The translations under genes were made by a program, and so were the position numbers. Positions 34,869-46,521 of a DNA stretch of 64,000 nucleotides are shown piece by piece (the first letter of the stretch is position 1; every line of letters begins with the position of its first letter). A model generated the notes under the pieces. That model did not search any database. It saw only the letters and a list, made by a program, of their open reading frames with translations, and was not told the origin of the DNA. The stretch is from Vitrella brassicaformis CCMP3155 (Eukaryota > Protista > Chromerida). The stretch is from the NCBI GenBank assembly GCA_001179505.1, contig CDMY01000256.1, forward strand, positions 62,001 to 126,000, read 5' to 3'.

Positions 34869-36607
34869 TCAGGGAATCGGAAGATTTTCAACGGAAAAAG
34901 GACACACGTCTCCCCAACTCAAGCCCTTCCCCAACGGCTTCCCATCTTTTGGCGCCCTCTGGCACCAGTTGACTTCATCATCGGGCGCGAAGTTCCGCAC
35001 AGCCCAACAGAGGTAGGAACAGATATGGGCTGGCCATATCTGCAGCGGCCCGATGTCTTCGGGTTCTCCCAACTCCTCGTCCATGATTATGACTCTGCGA
35101 GGCCAATCGACGTACACGTTGAGCTCCCCTTTAGCTATGGGATGGTCCGCCTGACAGGCTGGGCCTTTTATTGCACAGCCCGTCTCGGGGACCGCATCGA
35201 ACTCGTAAGCCAGATACCTCGGATTGACAAAAGACTGAAGGAAGACCGAGAAGGCTGCATCGAAGGCCCGCAGCGGGCCGAAGGCAACCACGTCCACGCG
35301 CTTGTCAGGGTAGGCGACAGCCAAGGCGACAGCGATGAAGGCGGCCACAGGGCCGCCAAGCGAGAATCCAGATAGAATGATCCGCTCGACGTCCCTCTTG
35401 TTTTTCTCCACTAGATCCTTCACTAGAGGATAGACGGCTTCAAATATGGCCGCGTGGGTCTGTCGGATGCCCGGGCGATCGGAGTCGTCTACTCCAGGGG
35501 CAGTGGTTTCCTCGTCGATTTCCTTGAGGAGCTCAACAAAGTCGATCTGCACACCACAACACCAGACACACCACAGCGCGTGGATGGAGGAGCCAGCTGG
35601 ACCTTACTTGCTCCTCGAAAGTCGCCAGCCGAAGCTCCGTTAAGGTGATGAACCCACGAGCAAGGATAAGAAGCTCCTTCTTGTCATTTCTCCTAAGCAC
35701 ATGGATGAAGGGGGTGTCTCGCAGACCGCCAGACTCCAGCTCAGCTGCCAAATGAGCAACAATCGGCCCACAAGCATGACACCTCGGTGCACCACTTAGA
35801 TGGAGTACACATGTCCTTACATGTTTGCGTGAGGTTGATGACCTGAAGCTCTTCCCATCCCGGCAGGGGCAGCCCAGGTAGAAGCTCGTCAGGGGCAATG
35901 CACGGAGCAAGGAGCAGGTTGCTGAGCAGACGATAAAGGATGTAGTAGGTGAGACCCTCGTCATCCACGACGTCGGCAGGTATGATGCTCCGCGCCTCCC
36001 CAGTCAGGTCCTTCAGAAACAGCTCGGCAACGTCGACTGACTCGTCGAGCACAGGCTCACGTGGCGCAGTGACTCCTGGAAGAGACTGGAACCCCTTGCA
36101 CGCTGCGGACGGGAGACATTAAGAAGGAGGACTGACTCATCAGGCAGACGGACAAGTATCTGTGTGGCGCTGCCTACTTTCTGCGATGAAGTTGGAAGCG
36201 CATCCGAATGCTTGTACGTAGCAGAAGCGGGATTTGCAGACCTTGTGGGGATGCCCGAGGAACATGGTGGCCTGCTCAGCGTAGCACCCCTCACACACCG
36301 TCTGTACCAGCTCCGGCGTCGAGAGTACCGCCTCCACCTTCTCATCCACCCCGTCGCTCAGACCAGCGTGGGCAGCCAACAGGTTCGTCGGAAACTCGTT
36401 GACCACGAGATCTGCGCACGTGGCCGCTCCGATTGGACCAAGAGGGCCGAGGCAGGTGAAGAGGCCTCCCTTCGCCTTGCAATCGAGTGCGGGGGTCGGA
36501 AACGGTTTTGGGAGCGGCAGCGGGACGGATTCTGAGTCAGTCTGACCCGAAGCGATGCGACGACACCAAGCGAAGCACAGGAAAACCAGCAAAGAAAGCG
36601 TCCTCAT
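34869..36607 (-). CDS. Secreted class-3 lipase (alpha/beta hydrolase)
   Basis: Signal peptide MRTLSLLVFLCFAWC; LLILARG; IILSGFSLGG (GxSxG); VAFGPLRA; FDAVP (Asp); PAHICSY (His). Confidence 0.85.
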
Positions 36608-36756
36608 TTTGTACGCTGTAAGCGAGCTTGCCGTTACTGGCCATGAGATCCAGGATGTAACCATCCCGAATGGTTGGTTGGACACACTCCAATCTATCCA
36701 CCGCTCACCATGCAGCCGAGATCTGATGGCGCGGCTTTTCGAAGGCGTCAGGAGCA

Positions 36757-36764
36757 AGCTCGCA
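36757..36764 (+). promoter_or_regulatory. AGCTCGCA motif in the lipase/BRCT spacer
   Basis: aAGCTCGCAaa. Confidence 0.5.
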
Positions 36765-36813
36765 AATGCCGCGCGATCCTGTCATTCGGCGAATTGGTTG
36801 TCGTTGCTGCAGC

Positions 36814-39800
36814 ATGGCGCTTCTGCAGAAGGCGTCAGAGCTCAAGAAAGTCCGAAAGGACTTCGAGCATTTCGATGAGTATGAGTATCATGAAATCGCA
36901 AAGGTTCTCGAGGTGGACGACCGGCTGAGGCCCATCAAGGAGCTGGTCAAACGTGAGGAGGTGCGCATCATCACCATCTGCTCTGTGTGGCATCTGCTTT
37001 CTTCTCGTGTGTGTGGTTTGGATGCATTGTCATCTCCTGCAGTTGGATGGCGAGAAGCTGCTCAAGATGTCCATGTAAGATCAGATCTCATGCACCGGCC
37101 AGGGCGCCCATGTGTATGGCCGTCGATGTTTGCACCCACATATGCCCGTGCCCTTCTCTCTGCCGTTCAGCGATGAGGTGTTTGGCAGCATCGCAGACAA
37201 ATCGATAGGATACTCAGAGGAGGACAGGTACGCCCATCCACCCAACACACAACACACAACACACACCTGACGCATTCTTGTGTCGTCAGGACGTGCTATG
37301 AGGAGCTGATGTCAGAGATCAATGCCCGCATATCGCACGCCCGCGGAGAGCAGCGCAACAACGACGAAGGAGAAGAAGAAGCGGAGGAGGAGCCCGCCTC
37401 GCCCAAACGCAAGGTGAGCCCCGCCGCCCGCACCTCCGCCCCACCACGACACACACACAACATACGCTTTGCCCATCCATCCATCCATCCATCCATCTAT
37501 TCATCCTTCAGTCGCCGGCCCGCCGCGCCAAGGCCAAGAAGAAGGGCAAGAAGCGACGCAACGACCACAACGACGGTCAAGAAGGGCCGGAGGGGGTTGA
37601 GGGTGCTGCGAGGGAGGTGCGTGTCAAGGTAGAGGATGAGGATGGCGGTGCTGGCGAGGGGGAGGCGGCAATGGGGGAGGAGGGAGGGGATGGAGACCCA
37701 GCCGAGGAGGAGCAGCCACAGCCACCACCCAAGAAGAAGAAACAGAGTAATAAGAAGACAAAGTGTGTGTGTGTGCCAAACACGCACACTTGTGTCTGCC
37801 TTGTCAGGTCGCAAGCGCACCCCTTCCCCTGCCGGCGGCGCCAAAGCCAAAGCCAAGGCCAAGGCCAAAGGACGAGCCAAACCAGACACACGAGGTACAC
37901 ACACGACACGACACACGGAGACCGGCACGCGCCACACCAATAGCTTGTCTGTCTTTTGGGCAGGTGGTGGTGGTGCTGACGGGGCGGACCGCACTCCCGA
38001 CGCTGATGAGGACTGCGCCGACCAGGACGGCGACGGCACCCCCGAGCACCGCCAGAAACGCCGCTCAGGCCGCCCGCTACTCTCCATGGACCGGGTAGGG
38101 TACCCACACACAACTAACACCCTCTCTCCACACACGCAGCCCATCTCCTCTCCTTCTCATGCATCAGGTCAAGAAGCCCCGTGCTGCCCCCCTGGGCCCC
38201 TCCGAGGACCTCCCGCCCCGCGGTGGTCGCACACGCCCCCAGCGCAACGCAGCCAAGAGGAAGCCACAGCCATCCCCAGAGGCGCCGCAGCCAGCAGCAG
38301 GCCGCAAAGCTAATCCCAAAGCCAAGGCCAAACCCAAGGCCAAGAGTGTGCGCGTCAAGCAGGAGGATGGGGAGGGGGACGAGGGGGGCGAGGGGGGCGG
38401 GGAGGGAGAGGGTGAGGGTGAGGGTGGTGGCGATGGGGGTGTAGGTGTAGCTGTTGGTACGGTTGATCGTGTGCTGCGTCCGCGGTCGCGTGTGGTGCAT
38501 TCGGTGCCTGTCGCCAAGAACAAGGTGGACAAGCCCAAGAGGAAGAGGAGGGGCAAATCGGAGCAACCAAACGATGACATACCCGACCAGGTCAGAGTCA
38601 GACCCGCCACCACCACCACCACCACCACCAAAACACACACACGTGCCCCCCCCTCTCTCCCTCTCTCTTTCTCTGTCTTGTCAGGACGCCATTGCAGAGG
38701 AGATATTGGGCGGCAAGCGCAGCAAGCGGTACGGCATCTCATATTCGGGCGCCAAGGACAGCGAGCGTGCGGGCCACGACTGGGTGCGGCAGCTGGCCGG
38801 GAGCATCTTCCACCCCTACGCCATGAGCTTCATCCACCTCAACAAGGGCGACGACGAGAGCGAGAGGGCCAAGAAGCTGCAGCGCATCACGCACCTGGTG
38901 CTGCACGAGGACCAGAAGGCCAGGGCCACCATCAAGGTCAGATGGAGAGAGAGAGAGAGAGAGAGAAGGATGGAGAGAGGGACCGGTGGCCCCATTCTGT
39001 GTGCGCGTGTGTGTGTGTGTGTGTTTATGGGTGTGTGCAGATACTGTATGCGTTGGTGACCAAGGCCTACATTCTCAACGAGAGTTTCCTCGAGGCCGCC
39101 ACCTCTGAGACCAAGTGGCCTTCGGAAGAAGACCACGAGGTGGGCGAGAGACAACTTTCCAACACTCCACATACACACACACACACACACACACGAAGGC
39201 ACTGTATGCCATCCATCCATCCATCCATGGGTGTGGTGTGGTGTGTGGGCAGAGCGAGTACTGGCCGACGGTCGCCAAGCGCAAGGAGAACCCCCTGTTC
39301 AAGACGATGCGCTTCTGCCTGCCCAAGGAGCTCGAGTTCGCCACCCCAACCAGAGATGACTTCGCGTTCCTGGTACACACACACGCACACACGCGCACAC
39401 GCGCACACGCGCACACGCACAGCAGACGGCACGGTTGTGTGTGTGGCTGTGTTCAGATACGTTCGTGTGGCGGCGTGATGACTTCCATCGACACATCCAG
39501 CGACTTCGTCATCGTACCTGGTCGCCCCACACACGAAACGACGCTCAGTGACGCTCAGCTCTCTCACCACATGTCCGTGTGAGTGTGTTGTGTTGTGTGT
39601 GTCAGCCGAGACAGATAGCCGCACTGCGTACATGAAGTGTGCCGGTAGCTTCAAGGTGCTGCAGAGCGTCCAGAAAATGGGCGGCTCGGAGGAATTCGTG
39701 TAAGAGACGGGAGAGACACCAACGACACGACACGCGCAAAAAAAGTGAACATGGCGTTGCCTATCCTTCCATCCATTTGTCTGCAGAGAGACCAAGTTTG

Positions 39801-40495
39801 TGACGCCCGAGTGGGTCACGGAGTGCATCAAGTACCAAGAGAAAGAGAGCCAACACACCGCCCACCTGCCATTCACGTCTCCTTGTGTGTGGGTGTGTTT
39901 AGGCGTTGGGAGGTGTTGGAGGTCGACGGCGAGTACGAGGCCTTCAGCATGGCCCATCTCGACGCCTATCAAGAGGAGAGACGATACCAGCAGCTGCAAA
40001 ACGAGTATCGCAGTGCCTGCCTGCGCAAGCCGCCGAATATGGACGGCCGCGACCACCCGATGGCCGTCAAACAAGAAGACGACCAACACGACCAAGATGA
40101 TGATGACCACGGTGCGTGTGCCTTTGAGCCGTGCAGCCAAACCCCTCCCTTTCCCCTTTTTCCCTCTGTGTGCCGGTCCGTCGACAGATATGGTGGCGGA
40201 TCCAGCTGCAGCAGCAGCGGCGGCGGCGGCACCAGCCGCCGGCCAGGACGACAACGCCCCTATGGACGACCAACACGAGAATGGCGATGAGGAAGAGGAG
40301 GAGGAGGAGGAGGAGGAGGAGGAGGTGACCCCCAACAGCCATGACCCGATGGACGCCGACCAGCACGACAACCACAACAATGGAGGCGCTGCTGCTGGTG
40401 CGGGTGAGAATCGCGATGGCAGCTTCGCCGACGCCAGGGAGGATGTGAGCGGGGACCAGTCGCCCGCTGGCGGGGACCAGTCGCCCGCATATTGA
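36814..40495 (+). CDS. Tandem-BRCT domain protein (DNA-damage response type) with long disordered regions
   Basis: BRCT1 YGISYSG...RITHLVL...RATIKILYALVTKAYILNESFL; BRCT2 LFKTMRFCL...LIRSCGG...FVTPEWVTECI; many introns. Confidence 0.75.
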
Positions 40496-41089
40496 TGGTT
40501 GGATGGCAGCGCAGCTTGTTGGCGAGTGGCGGACAGACCGACAGACAGAGACAGAGACAGATGGTGGATGGAACGACTCTCGGTGTGTCCTGTGTGCGCT
40601 GCGTGGTCCGTGACATGACAAAGCCATGTGCGTGCGATGCGTTCGTTCATGTATTCAACCACTCAGTCATGGTCACACACAGCTGATGTCATATGTCTCT
40701 CTCAAACAAGCTTATGCATGCCTTTCTTCCATCGGGGGGGGATACATATCACGACGACACGACAGAGCTTCAACAAAGCAAGCGGCCCAACTATCTACGC
40801 CGAAGAGGGGGCTTTGGCGTGGCTGGCTGATAAAGGAGAGGATAGCTATCTACACACAGATGCAACACAATTCTACTCCATGTTTTGTTTGTGTGATGGA
40901 TGCAAAGACCCAAAAATCGTTAATTCACAACGAAGGAGCTAATGGGGAGAGGGCAGGCGGACAGTCACGCAGACATAGTACAAGTACAGTAGCACATCAC
41001 AGTAGACACAGTATCAAGGGGTACCCACCCATCTATCGGCTGCACCCTCACACACACATGTACTGCGGCCGAGCGAGTGTGAGAGGGTG

Positions 41090-41980
41090 TCAGAAGAGGC
41101 CCCGACCACTCGACGCAGCAGTCGTGACAGTCATGTTGTCGGAGTCTTGGGGACTGGTCGCTTTGCCCACCACACGCACAACCACAGGGGGACCCGATGA
41201 TGGGGGGACTGCCTGCACAGACACCCTGGGATTTGCCTTTCTCCATTCGACAGCGACACACCACCACAGCATTGGCACCACTGGACCCAGGAGAAGACAC
41301 GACCAGCAGATCATCCAGTAGGGGGGAAAAGCGGCGGGGCAGCGGGCTCCCTCCAGGCTACTGTTGGATTCATCGAAGCACATCTTAAAGTCGGTGAGGC
41401 TCAGCCACACACTGAGGGTCACAATGGGCAGACAGAAAGCCGCCGTGAAAAGGCTCGCACAGATGATGTCCCGGGGAAAAGGCGACCGACCTCAGACAGC
41501 CGCTGCCAAGAAGATGCCGCCAACGATAACCAGCAGTGGGAGGACCCCGCCAATGGCGATGTACACAGAGGTGCCCGCCCTCTTGTACTTTCGCCACATA
41601 GCAGCTGCCTTGTCGTCGCCCTCCGCTGTGCTCTGGTCGATAAGGAAGCTGTGCGACGCCCAGCAGTCGCAGCTTGTGTCACCTCCCACGCACTCCTGGA
41701 GCTCCTGCGGTTCCTTCCACACAGGCGACCCTTCGATAACATGCGGTCTGCATCGAACGGCGCTGCCCTCGCCGACGATCTCCATCGACAGCCGGTAGTA
41801 CCGCAGCCCATAGCGCTGCGCCACCTCAGCATGTCCGTCTTGCAGAAAGACTCGCTGGTGGGATTCTCGCCAGCCCGGGAGGGAGAGGGGCACAAGAATC
41901 GCGAACAGGACAAAGAATGCAGTATACCCACACGTGGCCACGCGGAGCTGCTCGTCAACATCCACTGACCTCGACACCAT
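41090..41980 (-). pseudogene. Four-TM claudin/PMP22-like paralog A, intronless, with in-frame TGA at 41494-41492
   Basis: Nearly identical to paralog C over ~230 bp; TGT(Cys) replaced by TGA; frame continues to 41090. Confidence 0.65.
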
Positions 41981-42124
41981 CCTCCCAGCAGAATTCAATG
42001 ACAGACCCAACAATGAATGTATTCAGAGGCAAACATCCGTCCTCTTCACCTTTGCTTGTCTGTCTGCTTCGGTTACTCTGCTTTGGTGTTTTCTTCCTGT
42101 CGTTTTGTCGTGGAAGGATTTCAA

Positions 42125-42132
42125 AGCTCGCA
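42125..42132 (+). promoter_or_regulatory. AGCTCGCA motif in the paralog A/B spacer
   Basis: aAGCTCGCAa. Confidence 0.5.
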
Positions 42133-42255
42133 ATGCCGATCGGTATGACAAAACAGAAGGGAGGGAGAAAACCAAGTGGGCAGAAAAGGAGAGCAATCAT
42201 GCCAATGATTCCTCTGATCTGTCTTGCTTGTTTGCATGGCGTGATAGCAGGGAGG

Positions 42256-43149
42256 ATGGTGCTGAGGCCTGAGAGGGATTGCGTGAGGATAGCCACGACT
42301 CTGGCAGCAGTCCTTGTTCTTGCCTTTGCTGGAACAGCACTTCTAATGCCAGGGTGGCGATGGGCTAGGCGCCATGCATCCCACGACCATCATTATGCTG
42401 AGGTCCGGCAGAGCTATGGGCTGCGGTTCTATCGGCTAGGGCTGGAGATGATTCGCGAGGCGAACTACACAACTCGGTGTGAACGGCGAGGCATCGAGTC
42501 GCCGATATGGCAGCAGGAGCTCGAGAGCTGCCACGTGGAGGACATTGACGACAACAAGGCGTGCGACTGCCGGGCGTCGTACAGCTTCCTTATCGACCAG
42601 AGCACGGCGGAGGGCGACGACAAGGCAGCTCCTATGTGGCGAGGGTACAGGAGGGCGGGCACCTTTGTCTATGTCACCATTGGAGGAGTCCTCTCGGCGC
42701 TTGTTATCGCGGGCAGCATCTTCTGGGCGGCCGCGTAGGGGTGTGCCTGTGCAGATCAGTCGCCTTTTCCCTGGGACGCCATCGGCGCGACTCTCTTCAC
42801 GGCGGCTTTCTGTCTGCCCATTGTGACCTTCTTCCGCTGGAAGAGCCTCACCGACTTTAAGATGTGCTTTGACGAGACGACCGACAGCCTGGAGGGAGCC
42901 CGCTGCCCCGCCTCTTTCCCCCCTTACTCGCTGATCTGCTGGTCGTGTCTTCTCCTGGGTATAGCGGCGATTGCACAGTGGGGCTCAGTCGTGGTGGAGA
43001 ACGAGGCTCTCTGGGACAGTCTGTGGAAATCTAAGGGCAGTGTGACTGTACCGGCAGTGCCTCCAGCGACCCCGGCTGTGTTGGGCAAGGCGAGCAATCC
43101 ACAAGACGGCAGTCGAGATGACACGACCACGACTGCATCGAATGTCTGA
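42256..43149 (+). pseudogene. Four-TM claudin/PMP22-like paralog B, intronless, with in-frame TAG at 42736-42738
   Basis: LMPGW...YGLRFYRL...CDCRASYSFLIDQSTAEGDDKAA...FWAAA*GCACADQSPFPWD...; downstream half in frame and conserved. Confidence 0.65.
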
Positions 43150-44009
43150 CCGATTGCCAGACAGAAGCTAAGATTCTTTTTTCGTGTGTGTAGTGCATGT
43201 GTGCGCGCCCCGCCGTCCTGCCCTTCTTTCTCCACTAGATTCGATGCTGTCTGTCTGTTGTCTGTGTGGGGTATTGGCGCACTTGATGTGCTGTAGGATA
43301 CCTTCTGCCCTTTGCCATTCCCTTGCATTCGGTGATTTTCGGTTATTTGTGTTATGAGTAGTCACTCAGCCAGCCAGCCAGCCTGCCTGCATCTCTGTGT
43401 GTGTGCAGAGCTCTGCTGTGTACACTGCATGCCTGAGAAGTCATCCAAGTGAACAGCACAGCGTCCACAGTGAACACATTCATCTGAGAAATCTTACGGC
43501 ATTCATCCAGCCGGGACGTTTGTGTGGCCAGCTTCGCTCCCCTCCTCTCACTCACTCAGCCAGCCAACCATCGCACGCGCGGTTTGATCGCCATTTCGGT
43601 GATTTGATTGATTTGGCCGCTTTGATGTCCATCACACACACGCATACGAGAATGGCTGCAGGCGCGACTGACTTAATAATAAAGGGCATCCATCAATAGA
43701 TACATCGACATCGATCATGTCATGCACACGTGTCTGCAATGCAATGCAATCCACGTTTATCCATCGATCATGCAACTCACCGGCAACCGTCCAGTGGATG
43801 GCGCAAATAACCCAGAAATCATCACGACAACTTTACTACCAGCAAAGAGGACAGACGCACAGACGGCCCAGCAAGTGCGACAGCCCCCGCCCCGCCACAC
43901 CGATCATCACACAAAGTGACACAACCGAGAAAGTGAGTACTCAGACACGTCAGTCGGTCAGAACAGTCCACCCATGGGCCATGGATCAATGCATGGATGG
44001 ATGGGTCAG

Positions 44010-44993
44010 TCAGGCAGTCGATGCGACCGTCGTGACTGTCGCATCATCTCCGCCGTCGTCCTCGGGGTCCTGGGCGTTGGTGGCCTTGCCCACCACACTC
44101 ACAGACACAGCCGGAGTCGCCTGATGCAAATGGCCCGCTGACGGGCGAATTGCCCGGGCAGCCGCACGGCGATTCGCCTCTCTCCGCGATGCAGCGACAC
44201 ACCACCACAGCAGTGACACCAGTGCGCCCAGAGGCCCACACGACCAGCAGATCATCCAGTAGGGGGGAAAGGCGGCGGGGCAGCGGGCTCCCTCCAGGCT
44301 GCTGTTGGATTCATCGAAGCACATCTTAAAGTCGGTGAGGCTCAGCCACACACTGAGGGTCACAATGGGCAGACAGAAAGCCTCCGTGAAAAGGCTCGCG
44401 CCGATGATGTCCCAGGGAAAAGGCGACCGACCACAGACAGCCGCTGCCAAGAAGATGCCGCCAACGATAGCCACCGCCGGGAGGACCCCGCCAATGGCGA
44501 CGGAGACAAAGGTGCCCGCCTTCCTGTACTCTCGCCACATGGCAGCTGCCTTGCCGTCGCCCTTCGCCGTACTGTGATCGACAAGGAAGCTGTAGGACGC
44601 CCAGCACTCACAGGTCTTGTTATTTCCAGGGACCCGGGGACCGGAATCCAGCCGGGGGAAGCACTCCTGGAATTCCTGCCGCCCAAAGGGCGACGAGATG
44701 GCATGCGGTCTGCATCGAACGGTGCCGTTGTTGCCGACGATCTCCAGCGTTAGCCGATACGCATACAGCCCACAGCGTTGCTTTACCTCCGCATATCCAT
44801 CTTCCAGGAAGACTCGCTGGTGGGATTCTCGCCAGCCCGGCATCAAGACGGTCGTGATAATCATCAGCACCACAAAGATGGGAGCGAAACACGTGAGGAC
44901 CCTCTTGTCCTGGTAGGCAAAATACCAGCCGTCGCAGCGGCAGTCGCCGGGAGCACACACAACGTCCACCGCCTTGTCCCACGCGGTAGCCAT
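44010..44993 (-). CDS. Four-TM claudin/PMP22-like paralog C, intact and intronless
   Basis: Four hydrophobic helices; first loop has W...GL...C...C pattern; uninterrupted ORF from ATG at 44993 (MATAWDK). The claudin-like label rests on topology only. Confidence 0.75.
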   Translation of the reverse strand: MATAWDKAVDVVCAPGDCRCDGWYFAYQDKRVLTCFAPIFVVLMIITTVLMPGWRESHQRVFLEDGYAEVKQRCGLYAYRLTLEIVGNNGTVRCRPHAISSPFGRQEFQECFPRLDSGPRVPGNNKTCECWASYSFLVDHSTAKGDGKAAAMWREYRKAGTFVSVAIGGVLPAVAIVGGIFLAAAVCGRSPFPWDIIGASLFTEAFCLPIVTLSVWLSLTDFKMCFDESNSSLEGARCPAAFPPYWMICWSCGPLGALVSLLWWCVAASRREANRRAAARAIRPSAGHLHQATPAVSVSVVGKATNAQDPEDDGGDDATVTTVASTA

Positions 44994-45605
44994 CCTGTGT
45001 GCACACACAGACGCACCCAACTCATTGTGTATGGGATGTCCATCCTCCGTTGCTTGCCTGCACTTGGGGCAGCGGTGCACGCGGAGAGCGATGCCGGCGG
45101 GAGGAAATGCTGTTTTTGAGAGAAGAGAAAAAAGTCGTTCCTGCAGCAGCGGTTTCAGGGGGCACCCTAGGCGGCCTGACGGCCAAGGCCCCTGTCCCCT
45201 GTCGGTCTGTCCAACATGAAATGCTGTTTTTCTGCTGCAAGCTCGTCTTTTTCGAGCGTTCGCGTGGTCGTGTCCACGAAGAAGGGCGAGCATGTCTGTC
45301 TTTGACTGACACATTCGCATGTCCCTTGGGCACGCCCTACCAAACACGACGCGGATCTTTCTTTGTTCATTTTGCACAGCACAGCACAGCGCAGTACGCA
45401 CATACCCACAGTCGGCATCATGACCCACCCAGTCACTGACTTGACAGGCACACAGCGACTGACTGAAAAACCTGTGGCTGGCCTACCTCTCTCTCTGTCT
45501 GTCTGTCGACAGCCCAATACAATCCACCCATCCAATCCATCAGCCTTGAATGCCCATCGACGCATTCCTTCTCGCCCATGGTCACACATACACACATCTG
45601 TCTGC

Positions 45606-46378
45606 CTATCTCGGCAGTGGCGGCCCGAGCGACGGCAGGATGCAGAGGAAGAACAGAGATGGAAGCGCCAGCAGGGCGAGGAACACAATGTACGCTGTGT
45701 TGATGGGCGAGTCGGGGGCCAGCTCGTCCCGAAGCTGATGGATGGATGGATGGACGGATGGATGGATGGCAACAAACCGCCAAGCAGACAGACAGACAGA
45801 CAGACAACAAGCACACATGAACAGGGCTACACACCCGCTTGTTTGCCCACTCACTCACTCACCGTGAATTCATCTTTGAGCGTGACGGAGAGGTTCGAGT
45901 AGAATTCCCTGAACTCATCGAGGCTCGAGAAGGTCAGGTTGGTGGTCGGCTCGTTGTCCCGCACCGCCTTCATGTAGGCCTCCTTCACCTGCTCACCCAC
46001 ACTCTTCGCCGCAGACCCATCCTCCGACCCACCACCACCAGCTTCAATGCCCTCTATCGGCGACACCAGGAAAGGGTCACTGTCGTCATATCCCGGTTGG
46101 GAAGAGCCACCAGCTGCAGGCCTGCTCTCACCGACCGCCATTCGCCGAACTGATGCCGTCGATAGCGGCTGCCTGCACCTCCTCTGAAGCGGATGCAGGC
46201 AGTGCATGGAGCGCACGAAGAACAGAGATTGCTGCCGCTGCTGCCGCTGCTGTGAATAGTGACGAGCACGGACTGGCCTGCCCGGGCCGAGGCAGACGAG
46301 GGCAGTGAAGGTGAGGGAGAGGCTGAGGGCCAACATCGCCACGCAGCGATGAACAAGGGAAGCCAAGGCGAATGCCAT
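45606..46378 (-). CDS. Small membrane protein with putative bipartite plastid-targeting leader
   Basis: Hydrophobic N-terminus, then an R/S/Q-rich acid-poor stretch, an acidic mature region, and exon 2 encoding a TM helix (AYIVFLALLALPSLFFLCIL). Confidence 0.55.
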
Positions 46379-46521
46379 TCGGTGCTCAGATCTGCTGAAT
46401 CTGCGGGCGAGCTAAGCTCATGGCGAGCATTTCTGCTGAGTGACAGATCTGGCGTAGAGAGCGCCCTGATTGCACTGCTGCGGGCAGCGAGGTGCCACAC
46501 ACAGCCACACGGCATCGCAAG

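Noticed and set aside
41492-42738. Genome-wide stop-codon reassignment
   Set aside because: TGA (SUMO, OST3), TAG (APS kinase) and TAA (FucT) all terminate conserved proteins at expected positions
42735-42754. 20-nt GT...AG micro-intron removing the TAG in paralog B
   Set aside because: Excision shifts the frame relative to paralog C, and 20 nt is far shorter than other introns here
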